From Antedon mediterranea (taxonomy: Eukaryota; Animalia; Echinodermata), in assembly GCF_964355755.1 (NCBI RefSeq), contig NC_092670.1, positions 17,966,795 to 18,030,794 on the forward strand: 64,000 bases of DNA, written 5' to 3'. Under the pieces are notes generated by a model that saw nothing but the letters and a program-made list of their open reading frames with translations, was not told the DNA's origin and made no database searches. Every line of letters begins with the position of its first letter. The stretch's first letter is position 1. The translations under genes and the position numbers were made by a program. Shown one piece after another: positions 28,681 to 40,621 of this stretch.

Positions 28681-30175
28681 TATGCACATGATGACTAAAT
28701 AATATCATTTTTTACAGGGTAATACCAATTTCTTTAAACGCCATGGATATTTTTCGGTAGTGAAAGCATTACGATTCTAAATGAACGGACTTTTTTGGTC
28801 AGGTCAAAGCCAAGTCCAAACAACCAATCGGATATCAGTATTTGATTTTAGTTCTTTTGCGGAAAAATATTCACCGTGTTTAACATTTTTATGATGATTT
28901 ACAATGGAATTTTATACATAGGCCTAACCAACAATTATTGCCACTGGGAAATACGGTGTCTTATATGCCGAATCATACGTTGTAGTGTATTACTGTTGAA
29001 ATAATGCTTACAAATTAATATACATACAACAAAATATGAGTTAGCTGAAAATTAGCAAAATATATTTTTATTTGATTGTTGATATAGTGTTTGAGATTCG
29101 CTGGCGAAAATATACTGCGAGTGGAACAATGATTTACTTACATAACAAAAGAATACATACATATAATATACATACAAACAAACAATTAGCAATCATTTTT
29201 TAAATAGAATCAATTAACTATTGTTTACACACTATTACAGAATATTTTATTTCGTTCAAGGTGAAATGTATAATAGACAATTTTTTTTTAGAAATCAACA
29301 TTAGTAATCATTTCACTCGATTCTCTGTAGAATAATGTCTAGTATCATAGGCGAATTCTGCAATACAGTGTCACATGTGTAACACATGTGACGTTTGTAC
29401 TATGTTAAGCTTTATTTAGGCTTATTGCCTATGATGAAGTTGTTACATGTGATACATATGTGACGCTGTACATAATTTGCCTGTGCATACAGAATCGGCT
29501 AATCGATTACAAAACTCGCAGCGTAAAATTATACAGAACTAGGATTGTATATAGCTTAATGTTTGCTGGTTCTAAACTGAATCTTTGATAAATATTTCGT
29601 TTTAGAGTAAATTAAAGCAAGTGTCCTACAATGTAGGCAGGCTCTATGATACTGATATATTTAGCGAAGAATGGGGCGCGCATCCATGAACGGACCATAA
29701 ATAACTGAGTTCCTGTGCTCTGTTGCTTTGGTTTTAGCATGGACCATTAGCAGGTACAATTTCGCTGCCTCCGGTCAACCTGCACTTAAACAATTCTAGG
29801 CCTACATGAAATTACTGCACATTTTGTATTGCTGCTGTAAAATTAGCATTCTTAAAAACCAATATATACGCACATTATATAAATATATTTTTGTATTTTA
29901 CACCAAAGCTTTGAAAGCCTTGTAATAATTCTAAAGAAATAGATCTGAATTCATTAAGCATTGTAAAACATTATTTGCATGGAATTACAAATGTACCGAT
30001 ACTATAAATAAAACTTGTTAAATATATACATGTAGCCTATTGGCATTTTGTTGCGTGACTGGGTCTATAGAAAATTTGATGATTGTGAAGATACGGTAGC
30101 TTGTTTCGTTTCCGGAACGGTATCGTGACGGTTTCGTAATCTTTACCAACGTCATCGTGATTGTTTTTCTAAAAC

Positions 30176-32752
30176 TCAAAAATATGTCTCCGATGTGTCT
30201 TGTTCATAAGATGAATTAAAGATGGCACCGATCATTTCTTCTTCATTATCTCTTTGTTCTGTACGTGGAGGAACATGGTCTGCATATGCTGTGATGTTAT
30301 GAGTCGCCACCAAACCGCTTTTGTGTTCCTTCTTTTGATCATTCAGTTTTGTTGTAGACGACCTCACTTTAGACCTTTTAGCATTAGCTTCTGCAGTATT
30401 CTGTCTCACAACATGTGGCTTTAAGTTGGTTATACTGTGAAACTTTTCTGTAGATTGTAAATCAATTTGATTGTCATGTTTTGAATCTAGTGAAATATCA
30501 ATGGCGTCCACGTTAGTAGCATTTTCTATCGTCACATCATCCGTAAGCAGCACACTTTGAATTTCTTGATACGTCGTCTGCGCAGGTCTATTTAAAGCGC
30601 CATTTGCAACATCAACATCATCAGGTTTTAAAATCGATTTCGTACTGTGACGATCAATGCGTTCTATTGGATACGCTTTGGCCAATAACTTGTTGTTAGT
30701 CTTTCTAGGCTGCACTGTGCGCGACATCCAGTAGTAAATCAAACAACAAGCTATAAACGTCTGGACAAAGACGGCTATTCCAATCGCTAGTCCCGCCACC
30801 ATCCCGGCATCCTCTAGTGTTTCTCGTACATGTATAGGGTAAATTTGAATAGTTTCCTTAACAGTTCCAACAAAGTTAGATGCTACGCACGAATAACCAC
30901 CTCGATCTTTCCAGACGATATTCGTAATTTTAAGAGAACTGTTGGAAAACATTTGAAATTTTGGAGCGTCGGTTTCGGTGAGTGCGGTATCGTTTAGTAA
31001 TAACCAGGAAACAATGGGTTTGGGAATTCCAGACGATTCACAAATCAGTAAAACATCCTCACCTTCATTTATATAAAGCATAGTATCGTTTAGATGAACA
31101 CGTGGCAGAGAACATAGCAGTTGTGTCTCCGTAAGATCGACTACTTTATTTCCTTTTAGATTAGGCGGTCCATCACAGACAACCAGATCAATAAAATGGT
31201 TCTGTTTTAACCACGTGTGGTATGCTTTCAAACGACAATCACAATGTACTGGATTACTGTTCATGTTCAGTTCTGTCAGATGTATCTGATTTTGAAAGAA
31301 GTCATCATCAATTGTTTCAATCAAGTTCTTTCTTACGTCGAGTACTTCAATGACGTCAGCATTCAAGAACTGTGACGTCTTCAAAGTAGCCAACATATTA
31401 TCAGTTAGTATAAGATGGATTAAACTTCTTCCAAGAACATAAAAAAATCCTGAAGGAATATTAATTATATTGTTACCCGAGATATCAAGAACTCTGAGAT
31501 ATGTTGAAGTGTTAAAGGCAATAGACAAGTTACTGAGCCATTGAGAGTCGTGGTTTCCACCAATTTGGATTTTAGAAAGCCCAGGAAGATCTGCACATGC
31601 ACCAGTTTCAAGAACACGTATATAATTGCCGCTGATATCAATCGTCTTTAGTCGGAGTAACTGTGAAAATGTCCCGTCACGAATTTTTTGAATATTATTA
31701 TTATTGAGATAAATTTGTTCGATAAAGTTCAATTTGGTGAATGCAAACGGCGAAACATCAAATACTCTGTTGTGATTTAAAGAAATGACGTCAACGTTTG
31801 TAATTATATTTTGAAATGAAGATGGTACGATAAACTCAACCTGGTTGTAATCCATAAGTAGCTTTGTCAGAGACACCCCAGCGTGGCTATCTTCATCATC
31901 ATCAATGGCATCTACAGTTAAACTAACATCCAAAAGATCCGCTATGGAGTTACTTTCTATGTTGAGCAACCTTAAGGCCCCGGCTCTAACGACTAACTCA
32001 CTCAAATGGTTGTAAGATAAGTCAAAAACATCCATAGCACTATCAGTTTCAAAATGGAAACTCGTCAGGGAATTGTGACTAACATCAACGTTTCTAATGT
32101 TTAAAAAACTCGTAGATCGATCTAAAGCAATAAATGCATTTATCTTGTTCATACTCATGTCCAAATTGACCAATGAGGGTAGTCCTTTAAAACTGTCATC
32201 AACCACGTGATTTATATAATTCCGTTTAAGAGATAGTTTCGTGAGTTTTGGTAAATTTAGTTCAGGTGTAGATAAGAAATCATTATTTTCAGCAAGTAGT
32301 GTTTTAAGAGAAACAAGTTCATTCAGATCTGGAAGATGACTAAGACGATTACTAGATAAATCTAAAGACCTCAGTTTAGATAATCCTTCAAACGCTCCAA
32401 TGCTAACATCACTGATATGATTTCCACTTAAGTCGATCTCAATAAGACGATTAGCTTCAACAAAAGACCCTTCAACCAGAAGATCAACAAGGTTATCCCG
32501 CATCTGGAGAACTTGAAGATTTGTCGAATTCTTCAGATCATCCTCCTCAATGTATTGGATATGATTATTATTCAAGATAAGGATTTTTGTTCGAAGATTA
32601 AAATTTGGAATACATGTCAGGTTCATTGAGATGCAGACTGTCGTGTCCGTTGTATCGTCAAAGTCACACGTGACGTCACAATGCCCTATTACATAACCAA
32701 TGATATTCAGAGTAAAGACCAGTGTAATGATCCAGCGAGTAGATCTATCCAT
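30176..32752 (-). CDS. Leucine-rich repeat plus Ig-domain type I transmembrane protein (LIG-family-like), single coding exon, ~858 aa
   Basis: Signal peptide from MDRSTRW, LRRNT (CDVTC...VC...LTCIP), many LxxLxLxxN repeats, LRRCT (NPVHCDCRL), Ig I-set domain (LICESSGIPKPIVSW...DRGGYSCVASN), TM helix (AGLAIGIAVFVQTFIACCLIYYWM) and a ~180-aa cytoplasmic tail. An acceptor at 32768 and a candidate upstream non-coding exon donor near 33680 are visible. Confidence 0.9.
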   Translation of the reverse strand: MDRSTRWIITLVFTLNIIGYVIGHCDVTCDFDDTTDTTVCISMNLTCIPNFNLRTKILILNNNHIQYIEEDDLKNSTNLQVLQMRDNLVDLLVEGSFVEANRLIEIDLSGNHISDVSIGAFEGLSKLRSLDLSSNRLSHLPDLNELVSLKTLLAENNDFLSTPELNLPKLTKLSLKRNYINHVVDDSFKGLPSLVNLDMSMNKINAFIALDRSTSFLNIRNVDVSHNSLTSFHFETDSAMDVFDLSYNHLSELVVRAGALRLLNIESNSIADLLDVSLTVDAIDDDEDSHAGVSLTKLLMDYNQVEFIVPSSFQNIITNVDVISLNHNRVFDVSPFAFTKLNFIEQIYLNNNNIQKIRDGTFSQLLRLKTIDISGNYIRVLETGACADLPGLSKIQIGGNHDSQWLSNLSIAFNTSTYLRVLDISGNNIINIPSGFFYVLGRSLIHLILTDNMLATLKTSQFLNADVIEVLDVRKNLIETIDDDFFQNQIHLTELNMNSNPVHCDCRLKAYHTWLKQNHFIDLVVCDGPPNLKGNKVVDLTETQLLCSLPRVHLNDTMLYINEGEDVLLICESSGIPKPIVSWLLLNDTALTETDAPKFQMFSNSSLKITNIVWKDRGGYSCVASNFVGTVKETIQIYPIHVRETLEDAGMVAGLAIGIAVFVQTFIACCLIYYWMSRTVQPRKTNNKLLAKAYPIERIDRHSTKSILKPDDVDVANGALNRPAQTTYQEIQSVLLTDDVTIENATNVDAIDISLDSKHDNQIDLQSTEKFHSITNLKPHVVRQNTAEANAKRSKVRSSTTKLNDQKKEHKSGLVATHNITAYADHVPPRTEQRDNEEEMIGAIFNSSYEQDTSETYF

Positions 32753-34547
32753 TGTATAATGTGTTATCTGAAAGGTAAGTAAAAAGTCGACAATGACATA
32801 TAACAATGTATAGTACTATGAGTCTAGTCTAGTTGATACACGGTACTTAATTCATTGCAAGCCTAATTAGTAAGCCTAATATGGGTTCCAGCAGGGGTAA
32901 TTATTTACTCTTCCCTAGTTTCAGACCTTATCCTCAGTTTGAATGGTGAATACGGCCACAGGACTCTGTTTGCCGATTGCCTAATAATTTTAGATCCAGA
33001 AGAGTCTGTATATAATAACTTCATGATGAAAAATTCTACGCCACCTACAAACGACTCAGTATCAATTTCAATGTATATTTACGACTAAGCAATTTGTTTT
33101 AGGAGTTTTCCAATAATCAAACTATTACAAACTATTAATAGACACAATGTACTAATAATAATTCTACGTTGATGAGCTACGATTATATCTTCAGCTCAAA
33201 AATCATTAATTGCGTAATAACAAGATTCTGTGTTAATTGTCAGACGTCATAAATAATAGTACGAATAAAGAATGTATTTTAGGCATTTTCCAATAATTGA
33301 TCTATTAAAAAACTATTAATAGACAAAATGTGTTGATAAATTCTATGTTGATAAGCTATATTACTGTATATCTTCAGTCAACCAGTCATATTAATACGAA
33401 GCTACTATTGAATAAGGGAGTAGGCCTATACAACCTGATAGCCTGACGGTGAGGTGATAGCAAATCGTTCTTACTTAGATCATAGAGATCTCTATGCTTA
33501 GATCATAGAGATTTTTTTCCTTTCAAGCTTAGAGATCATGTACAACAACCTATATAACATAAGATCTACTGAATAACTCCATATAAAATAAATACGAGAA
33601 TAAAGTTACAGAAAATATTATTAACACTTTTAAAATACATAATAATGTGTAGTGAACAATTAAGAAATGTTAGTATTTACCTTGCGATATTATACAATAT
33701 TCCTGTGGTTGAATTGATTCGGCCGGTAGTCAATCTCACTCCAATTAAATAGACACGATAGGAGGATGCAACAACCATATGTTGATGGATTTAACAAACA
33801 CAGTACACTGTTTAAATAGTATGCATGATGACACAACACAAAACGTAGTTGTTTTAATGAAAGCCAATACCGTAGTATGTAGAGTACACGTTTTTATTCG
33901 ATTATTTTTCTTCGTTGGTCGAGCATGCGAAAGTAAACACATAACCAAAATGGACGTATTTAACAAGTTCAATGCTGTTATTTTCTTAATTTGTACGCAT
34001 TTATTTGCAGGAGTCTGTATCTACAGTGTGTTTCTATTTGGTACATCATTTTTTAGCAAGAGTTAATAAACATCACTGCATGTGTTTTTCAAAAAAACAA
34101 AGCATTAACGCCCACTTGGAAGACAAAACAATGAGATATCACACTAACAGATGATATTTATTGACTGGCTTCATGTGAAGTTTTAAAATAAACGATCTAG
34201 GCCCATCATACCATGTCATATTGACTTTATGTGAAGTTTTCCAATGATCGAGAATTACGCACGTCACTTTCAATCATTAAATACTCAAAATAAAGTATAC
34301 TGCAATGTAAACACATGTACTTGTACATGACGTCACATCGAACTTAAAACCAATAATAGAATCACAATTACTACATTTATTAATAAAGATATTTTTGTTA
34401 AGTGATATAGACACTAACACAATAACAAACCATATTGCCATAAACAGACAAAAATGAAAACAAATTGTGGAAAGCGTAATGTCGGAAGACGGAAAACGTT
34501 AAAAAGAAGAAGACATAGGCCTATTCAATATAAAAAGGCAAAAAATG

Positions 34548-34677
34548 ACAATGCTGTGGGTATCAGACGTGGCTAGACCTCAGTGGAGAAGAAAAGCTAA
34601 ATCAATACGATAAATTAAAACAGCTAGAAAAAATAGCAGAGCTTTTGGGTAACACTAGCCCTTTATCACTGGAAGTG
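34548..34677 (-). mobile_element. Penelope-like pseudo-LTR relic, same family
   Basis: Minus strand reads ccaGTGATAA AGGGC tagtgtt ACCC AAAA GC TC tgc; the caatgctgtgggtatc flank is shared with other copies. Confidence 0.5.
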
Positions 34678-35566
34678 AGAGTACTTAGACAAAATTGAAG
34701 ATATGAATCAGATAAGCGACAAGAAAAAGAAATATACAATATTGTTTCAATTTCTATCAGTAATAGGAATTCACGTAGCCCTGTTTCATCCATGTTTCTT
34801 CCCAAAAGACTTTTCGTTCAATTAAATTACCCAAGCAATTACTAACAAACATCAACAACAATTATGGCAAATAAAGTTTTAAAAAAAAATTAAAATCAAC
34901 ACTATGTGTTTCTAAAAGAAAGGTTGAGAATATTTCCAGAATACGACTGAGCATAACAACCGACACAGACGTCAGTTCTACAGCATTTCCCTTTAGCAAC
35001 ATAATTTACCACAAGCCTAACTTTACTACGATTACGGCAACAATAAACATGTATCTATGTTTTATATCTAATTATAATAAACACAGTAATTTTAGCTGTT
35101 GTTAGTTATATACACTTATCCCCATGTGCAGAACGTTGTGTACATCTAATGTGAACAACGTGTTGTTGTATAATATTTAGAAATAGAGCAGCAATGTGAG
35201 GTGTAAAGAATTAAGTTAACAATACTGCTGCGTGTTCACAGTTTAAATGTGTTTAAAATAGTAATGTTGATTCTGGTCTCACACTTCTTTAGGCGTAATA
35301 TAAATTAATAGTATCCGATCACATAGTATCACTATGTCACTATACAGTTATATTATTTATCAGAAAGTATCAGTAGTATACACTATAATATAATATATTA
35401 TAATCATCAGAATATAAAATATAATACATGTATAATTTTCTAATCTTATTTTTTTTATTTTATTTTTTATTTTATTCAGTCAAAACCAACAGCGATAAAT
35501 ACCGCCACTAACAGGTTTGAAACATGAAACAATACAACATAAAAAACGGTTAACAATAAAATACAG

Positions 35567-35569
<3 letters not shown>

Positions 35570-35625
<56 letters not shown>
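35570..35625. repeat. (TA)n microsatellite
   Basis: Direct reading of the sequence. Confidence 0.95.
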
Positions 35626-35627
<2 letters not shown>

Positions 35628-35785
35628 CAATGATGTTGCGTAGCACTGTGTAAATTATTATAAATCATACTGTAAATTATAGAAACAGTGCTCATATTCG
35701 GAACATGATCTCATAATCGCGTCGAGCATAGCTCATTGGCGAAAGTTCCATATTTTTTAGTTGTATGAAAAAATGTCTCTGGCAT

Positions 35786-35861
35786 AAATTGTTTATGGCA
35801 TGCCGATCTATGTTATATATATATATATATATAACATAGATCGGCATGCCATAAACAATTT
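35786..35861. repeat. Perfect 76-bp palindrome with a (TA)n core
   Basis: aaattgtttatggcatgccgatctatgtta-(TA)n-taacatagatcggcatgccataaacaattt. Confidence 0.95.
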
Positions 35862-35877
35862 CAATTAATCAAACAGG

Positions 35878-36790
35878 TTATGCAGGCTGTTCAAGAAGTG
35901 AACACATAATCGTCCTCTTAAAATAACCAAGTCTATCATTAAAAATATCGATATGATTGCTATTTAGATTATTAAATGTAAAAGGTAGTCTATGAAAAAG
36001 TCCCCTCTTAGTACAGTCGACACGGCTAAAAGGAATATGCAATAAATGTCTATTTCGTGTACGACCAGGAACATTTAAACTAAATAGTGAAATTAATGAA
36101 CAGTCATATTTAGAATTTAAAATATTATATAGAAAAACCATATCAGATATCGTTCGACGATTGCTGACAGAATCAATGGAAAAGGCAAAAAAACACAGTT
36201 ATAAGACAGGAATCGTACAAACTTCCGTTGAACAGTATCGATTCGACGGGCCTTGCATGGAGAAATTGAATTGAAAATTACGGAACAATATTCAAGGTGA
36301 GGACGTATAATAGATTTGTATAAAGATAAAAGTGCCCTGCCGTCGTTCATAAACCTACAATTTCTCCATATTAAGCCCATCATTCTATTAGCTTTTGACA
36401 ACACATGATTAATATGTGAACAAAAATTTAATTTACTATCAATAAAAATACCTAAATCTTTCCATATATAAACCATCTCAAGATCATGTCCATTCAGTTA
36501 TAATTGAAGAGCACAGGCCTTTTTTAAGTGTTATAGATAAATATTTGCATTTATTAGCATTAAGTTTTATCCCCCACTTCTCCGTCCATTCCACGAGACC
36601 ATCCAGATCCTCCTGAAGTGAAAAAGCATCCTGTGGAGTGGTAATCACTTTAAACAATTTCAGATCGTCAGCAAATAAAAGAGATTCGGAATGATTAAAT
36701 TTTAAAGGAAGATCGTTGATAAATAAATTAAACAAAAGCGGGCCCGGGATCGAGCCCTGCGGAACGCCCGATAACACAGGGGGAGCCAAT
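35878..36790 (-). mobile_element. 5'-truncated, frameshifted CR1/Jockey-group LINE reverse transcriptase fragment
   Basis: SGVPQGSIPGPLLFNLFINDL, LFADDLKL, WGIKLNANKC, KDLGIFID, LYKSIIRPHLEYCS, spread over three broken ORFs. Confidence 0.9.
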
Positions 36791-36894
36791 CATCAAACGT
36801 GAATAATTGTATGTATACACATCAGAAAAGTCTTGCAAAAGATAAATAAAACATAATCAAAAAATGTGTATATTTCCGGTTTTACAGTTGAGAA

Positions 36895-37240
36895 AAACTG
36901 CAGTAGGACTATTTTAAACTGCAGTAGGACTATTTTAAACTGTAGTAGGGCTATTTTAAACTGTAGTAGGACTATTTTAAACTGTAGTAGGGCTATTTTA
37001 AACTGTAGTAGGGCTATTTAAACTGTAGTAGGGCAATTTAAACTGTAGTAGGGCTATTTTAAACTGTAGTAGGGCTATTTAAACTGTAGTAGGGATATTT
37101 AAACTGTAGTAAGGCTATTTAAACTGTAGTAGGGCTATTTAAACTGTAGTAGGGCTATTTTAAACTGTAGTAGGGCTATTTAACCTGTAGTAGGGATATT
37201 TAAACTGTAGTAGGGCTATTTAAACTGTAGTAGGGCTATT
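36895..37240. repeat. ~20-21-bp minisatellite, ~16 copies
   Basis: Unit aaactgtagtagggctattt(t). Confidence 0.95.
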
Positions 37241-37885
37241 TTTTATTATTAATATTATCGATTGTTCAACAGTTGTGTGGAACATGAAAACAATTTGTTC
37301 TTTATTTATTCCGAGATAGATTCAGCAAAATGTAAAAAAACATAAAAAGTAACAAAACAAACAAACATTCCTTAAGATGGCTTAGGATTGACTTTAGTTC
37401 GATCGAGAGCCCGTCAACCTGGTCTTAGGAAACAACTACAAAAATAAAAACAAAACCATCGAAATTCCATATTAAAATAACGGCAACTGAATAAAACGTT
37501 TATTTAGGTCTACAATTTACAATGTACAGTTAAAATTTGGCATTAAATTATCTCGTTTCGTTTTATAAAATTACATTAACTTATCATGGGAAGTCAAACA
37601 TTTACTTTTTTAATTCATATCAGTAATAGAATTCCCATACTGTTTTCATCTAGTTTTCCGAAAAGACTTTTCTAAGAACACGGTCTAAAGTTCAATTAAA
37701 TTGCTCAAGCAATTTGTTTGTTTGTTTTATTAGTTTCTCCACACATTTTAAAATAAAAGATAAAAATTGCAAAATAAGTTGCGGACAACCTTAAGTCGTG
37801 ACCACCAGTTAAAAAATGAAGGTATACAATAGCAGTCCGGCTTACATAAAAAAAACAGAAGCTTAAATTGCTAAGTTAGCAATTA

Positions 37886-39164
37886 CAGTCAACTCTCCCA
37901 ATACCGGACTCTCCCAAAACCGGAATTCACGAAAAACCGGACTTTTTTGGAGGGCCCAATTTGTCCCTATTCTAAATGTACTGTAATTTATTATGAAAAC
38001 CGGAATACCCAATTCCGGAATCCGGACAAATTATGAAGTACAAAACACGAAAATTAGCGTCTGAAAACCGGACTGACAGTTAAAAAACTCCAAATATTTA
38101 CAAAAACAACGTAACATCGTTGTCGCTGACTCGGATTCAATACATGCACAATGTACAAAAGCTTTTAGCCATACCCTGACCATGCATGAAGTGCGCGACG
38201 TTTCGCGGTACGATCAAATAATGTTGCCATGGAGCGCTACACTGTGATTGACAGGTCAGTTCATTGTTAACCCACGAGGCGGCAATTGCTTTGTTGCGTA
38301 TCGAACTGCGGTGGGCTTTTTCACATCGAAGCGCTATTGTTTTTAGCAGGGAGTTGTTAACAACTCCCTCCCTGTTTTTTAGCATATGAATTGTTTTTTA
38401 ATAAAGTTCAATTTACATTCCACTTTGTGTCTTTGTTTTGTTTAAATCATTGTTAAATTCACAATTGCAATAGGACTTAAAGGAATGTTTCACTAAAAAT
38501 GTGCATCATTATAAATTTGGAAATCATTATGGCAAAACGGAATGAACTTGACTTAACTAGTGTTAATAAACTTTGAAATGTTACTAATTAATTATTGTGT
38601 CATTATTACTTGGCTCGTTTACCTAATCAATTTTGATCATTGCTATCAAATTACGTCAAAATAAAGGAGCTTAAAAAACATGTGGTCTAGGTGTGGGCGT
38701 TTTTATTTGATTATGACACCTCTGCACATGCGCATCAATCAAAGCCCCGCTTTGCTATTTTTATCACCCCATGCTGCTGCTGCTGCAAGCTAGCTCACGA
38801 AAAACAATAAACAGACCGAAATTATGTTCACTGTACGTACGTAGGCCTTTTTGCCGTTAAAAACACATTGAGAAACAGTTTACTATTGTAACATGTTTTA
38901 TTGGTACTGTACAGTAAATAATGTAACTTTTAAAAAAGGTAATAATATTAATAAAGTAGGCCTAGGCCTATCACTAGCTTGACACAATCATAGCCTAGGC
39001 CTTCCCTACGCTAGACCGTACCGGGCAGCATTCGGACCGGTGATTCAACGCATTTTCAGTGACAACGTGATGACTTTAAAAATATGTTTTCAGGAAACCG
39101 GACTTTCGAAAAACCGGAAAATATATGCCCGCCCAAGGGTGTCCGGTATTGGGAGAGTTGACTG
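37886..39164. mobile_element. Non-autonomous Tc1/mariner-pogo (Tigger-like) DNA transposon
   Basis: Perfect 24-bp TIRs CAGTCAACTCTCCCAATACCGGAC, TA target-site duplication, multiple subterminal AAACCGGA motifs, no transposase ORF. Confidence 0.88.
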
Positions 39165-40621
39165 TACTAACATGAACAACAATTATATACTTATAAAAAG
39201 GTTTTATTCATCTCTGACAGACGCTGTCTGTCATTCTTAGCATGCTGACGTCTTTTGACGGTAACAAATGAAAAGTAACTCCTCCCAGGTCTAACCAATC
39301 AATACGAACAATAGACCTTGCGTTTCTATTGTATAACACTCAACTTAATTCAATGTTACAATTAGAGGTATTGTGTAAGGTTGGACCATCGCCATAAGTT
39401 TATTTTAAGGTTAGCTAGAAAGTTTTAAATCTTATTAAGCCCACGTTCACAAAACCCAAACGGAAGCTGAAGATAATGATGATTACTGTACAATGGTAAA
39501 CATTAGAATGAGATAAGTGATGGCATGCTGCTTAAGCGGGAACGATGATATTATCAGGGAGATGTATCTAACTGACAATATAAATCAAAAGGCAAATTAT
39601 TGATAAAAAATACAATGCTGTGGGTATCTCAATGGCGATAAAAATAAAATAAGCACTGGGAAATGACAATGTTGTGTGTATCATCAGTGGTTGGATCTCA
39701 ATGGAGATACAAAAATGCGAATGATATAATAATCTTATGACGGATGCACACGTGATTCACGTTGAGGTGCATTATTTTGTCAAAAACATGGAAGAAAATA
39801 ACGACTCCCTTAATGGCGCTACTCTTTTTCCTCTAAATACTATACTGTACTATATGCAATACTCCGATACATTTTGATTGGTTAATCCGATATAATAAAA
39901 GAAAATAAGTTTAATTTATTAAATAAAACGAAAATTTGACAGTTTTGGTGTAGGAGACATGTATCTATCGAATTAATTAAGGATATCATGTGTTTGAGAA
40001 ATAGTTAGCATATAATATGGTTTTAAATAACTAAATAGTTGTATTCTCGTGTGAAAACGAACCATTTTTTAATTGGGGGAATTTTAAATTGGATTAGGCT
40101 TACATATCAATACATACTGGAATTATATATGAAATGACTATACTGCAATAGTAATTAACGCTATCAATATTTGCTAAATTTTAATATTATATAATATTTT
40201 CATTACATACAAATATCATAAGATAATACACTGTGTATATAAAGTATATTAATATCTTAAAACTGTCAGTAGCAACATTTTAACAATGTATTAAAGAGAA
40301 TAAAATGATGGCATAGTATAATCATGGAGGAATCCTCTTCCTCCATGGTATAATACAAGTAATTACATCATTATCCTAATAACGAGCTCATAGAACAATT
40401 AAAGTATTGTATAGCGTCATATCTCTCGAAGTGTTACGTAATCGAACTTGTTGGCTTTTGTTTCAGTTTGGGCAGTGACCTTTTGCCTGCTGTTGGCCAA
40501 TGGGGATTCGATTTTAATTATGACGTATTGTATCGTACACAAAGAAGGGGTAAATTTTTAGCAAGGTCTTAAGAAAAGCCGCCGCAGTGAATCACATTCG
40601 AAGTTTTGGTTGAGTTAACCC

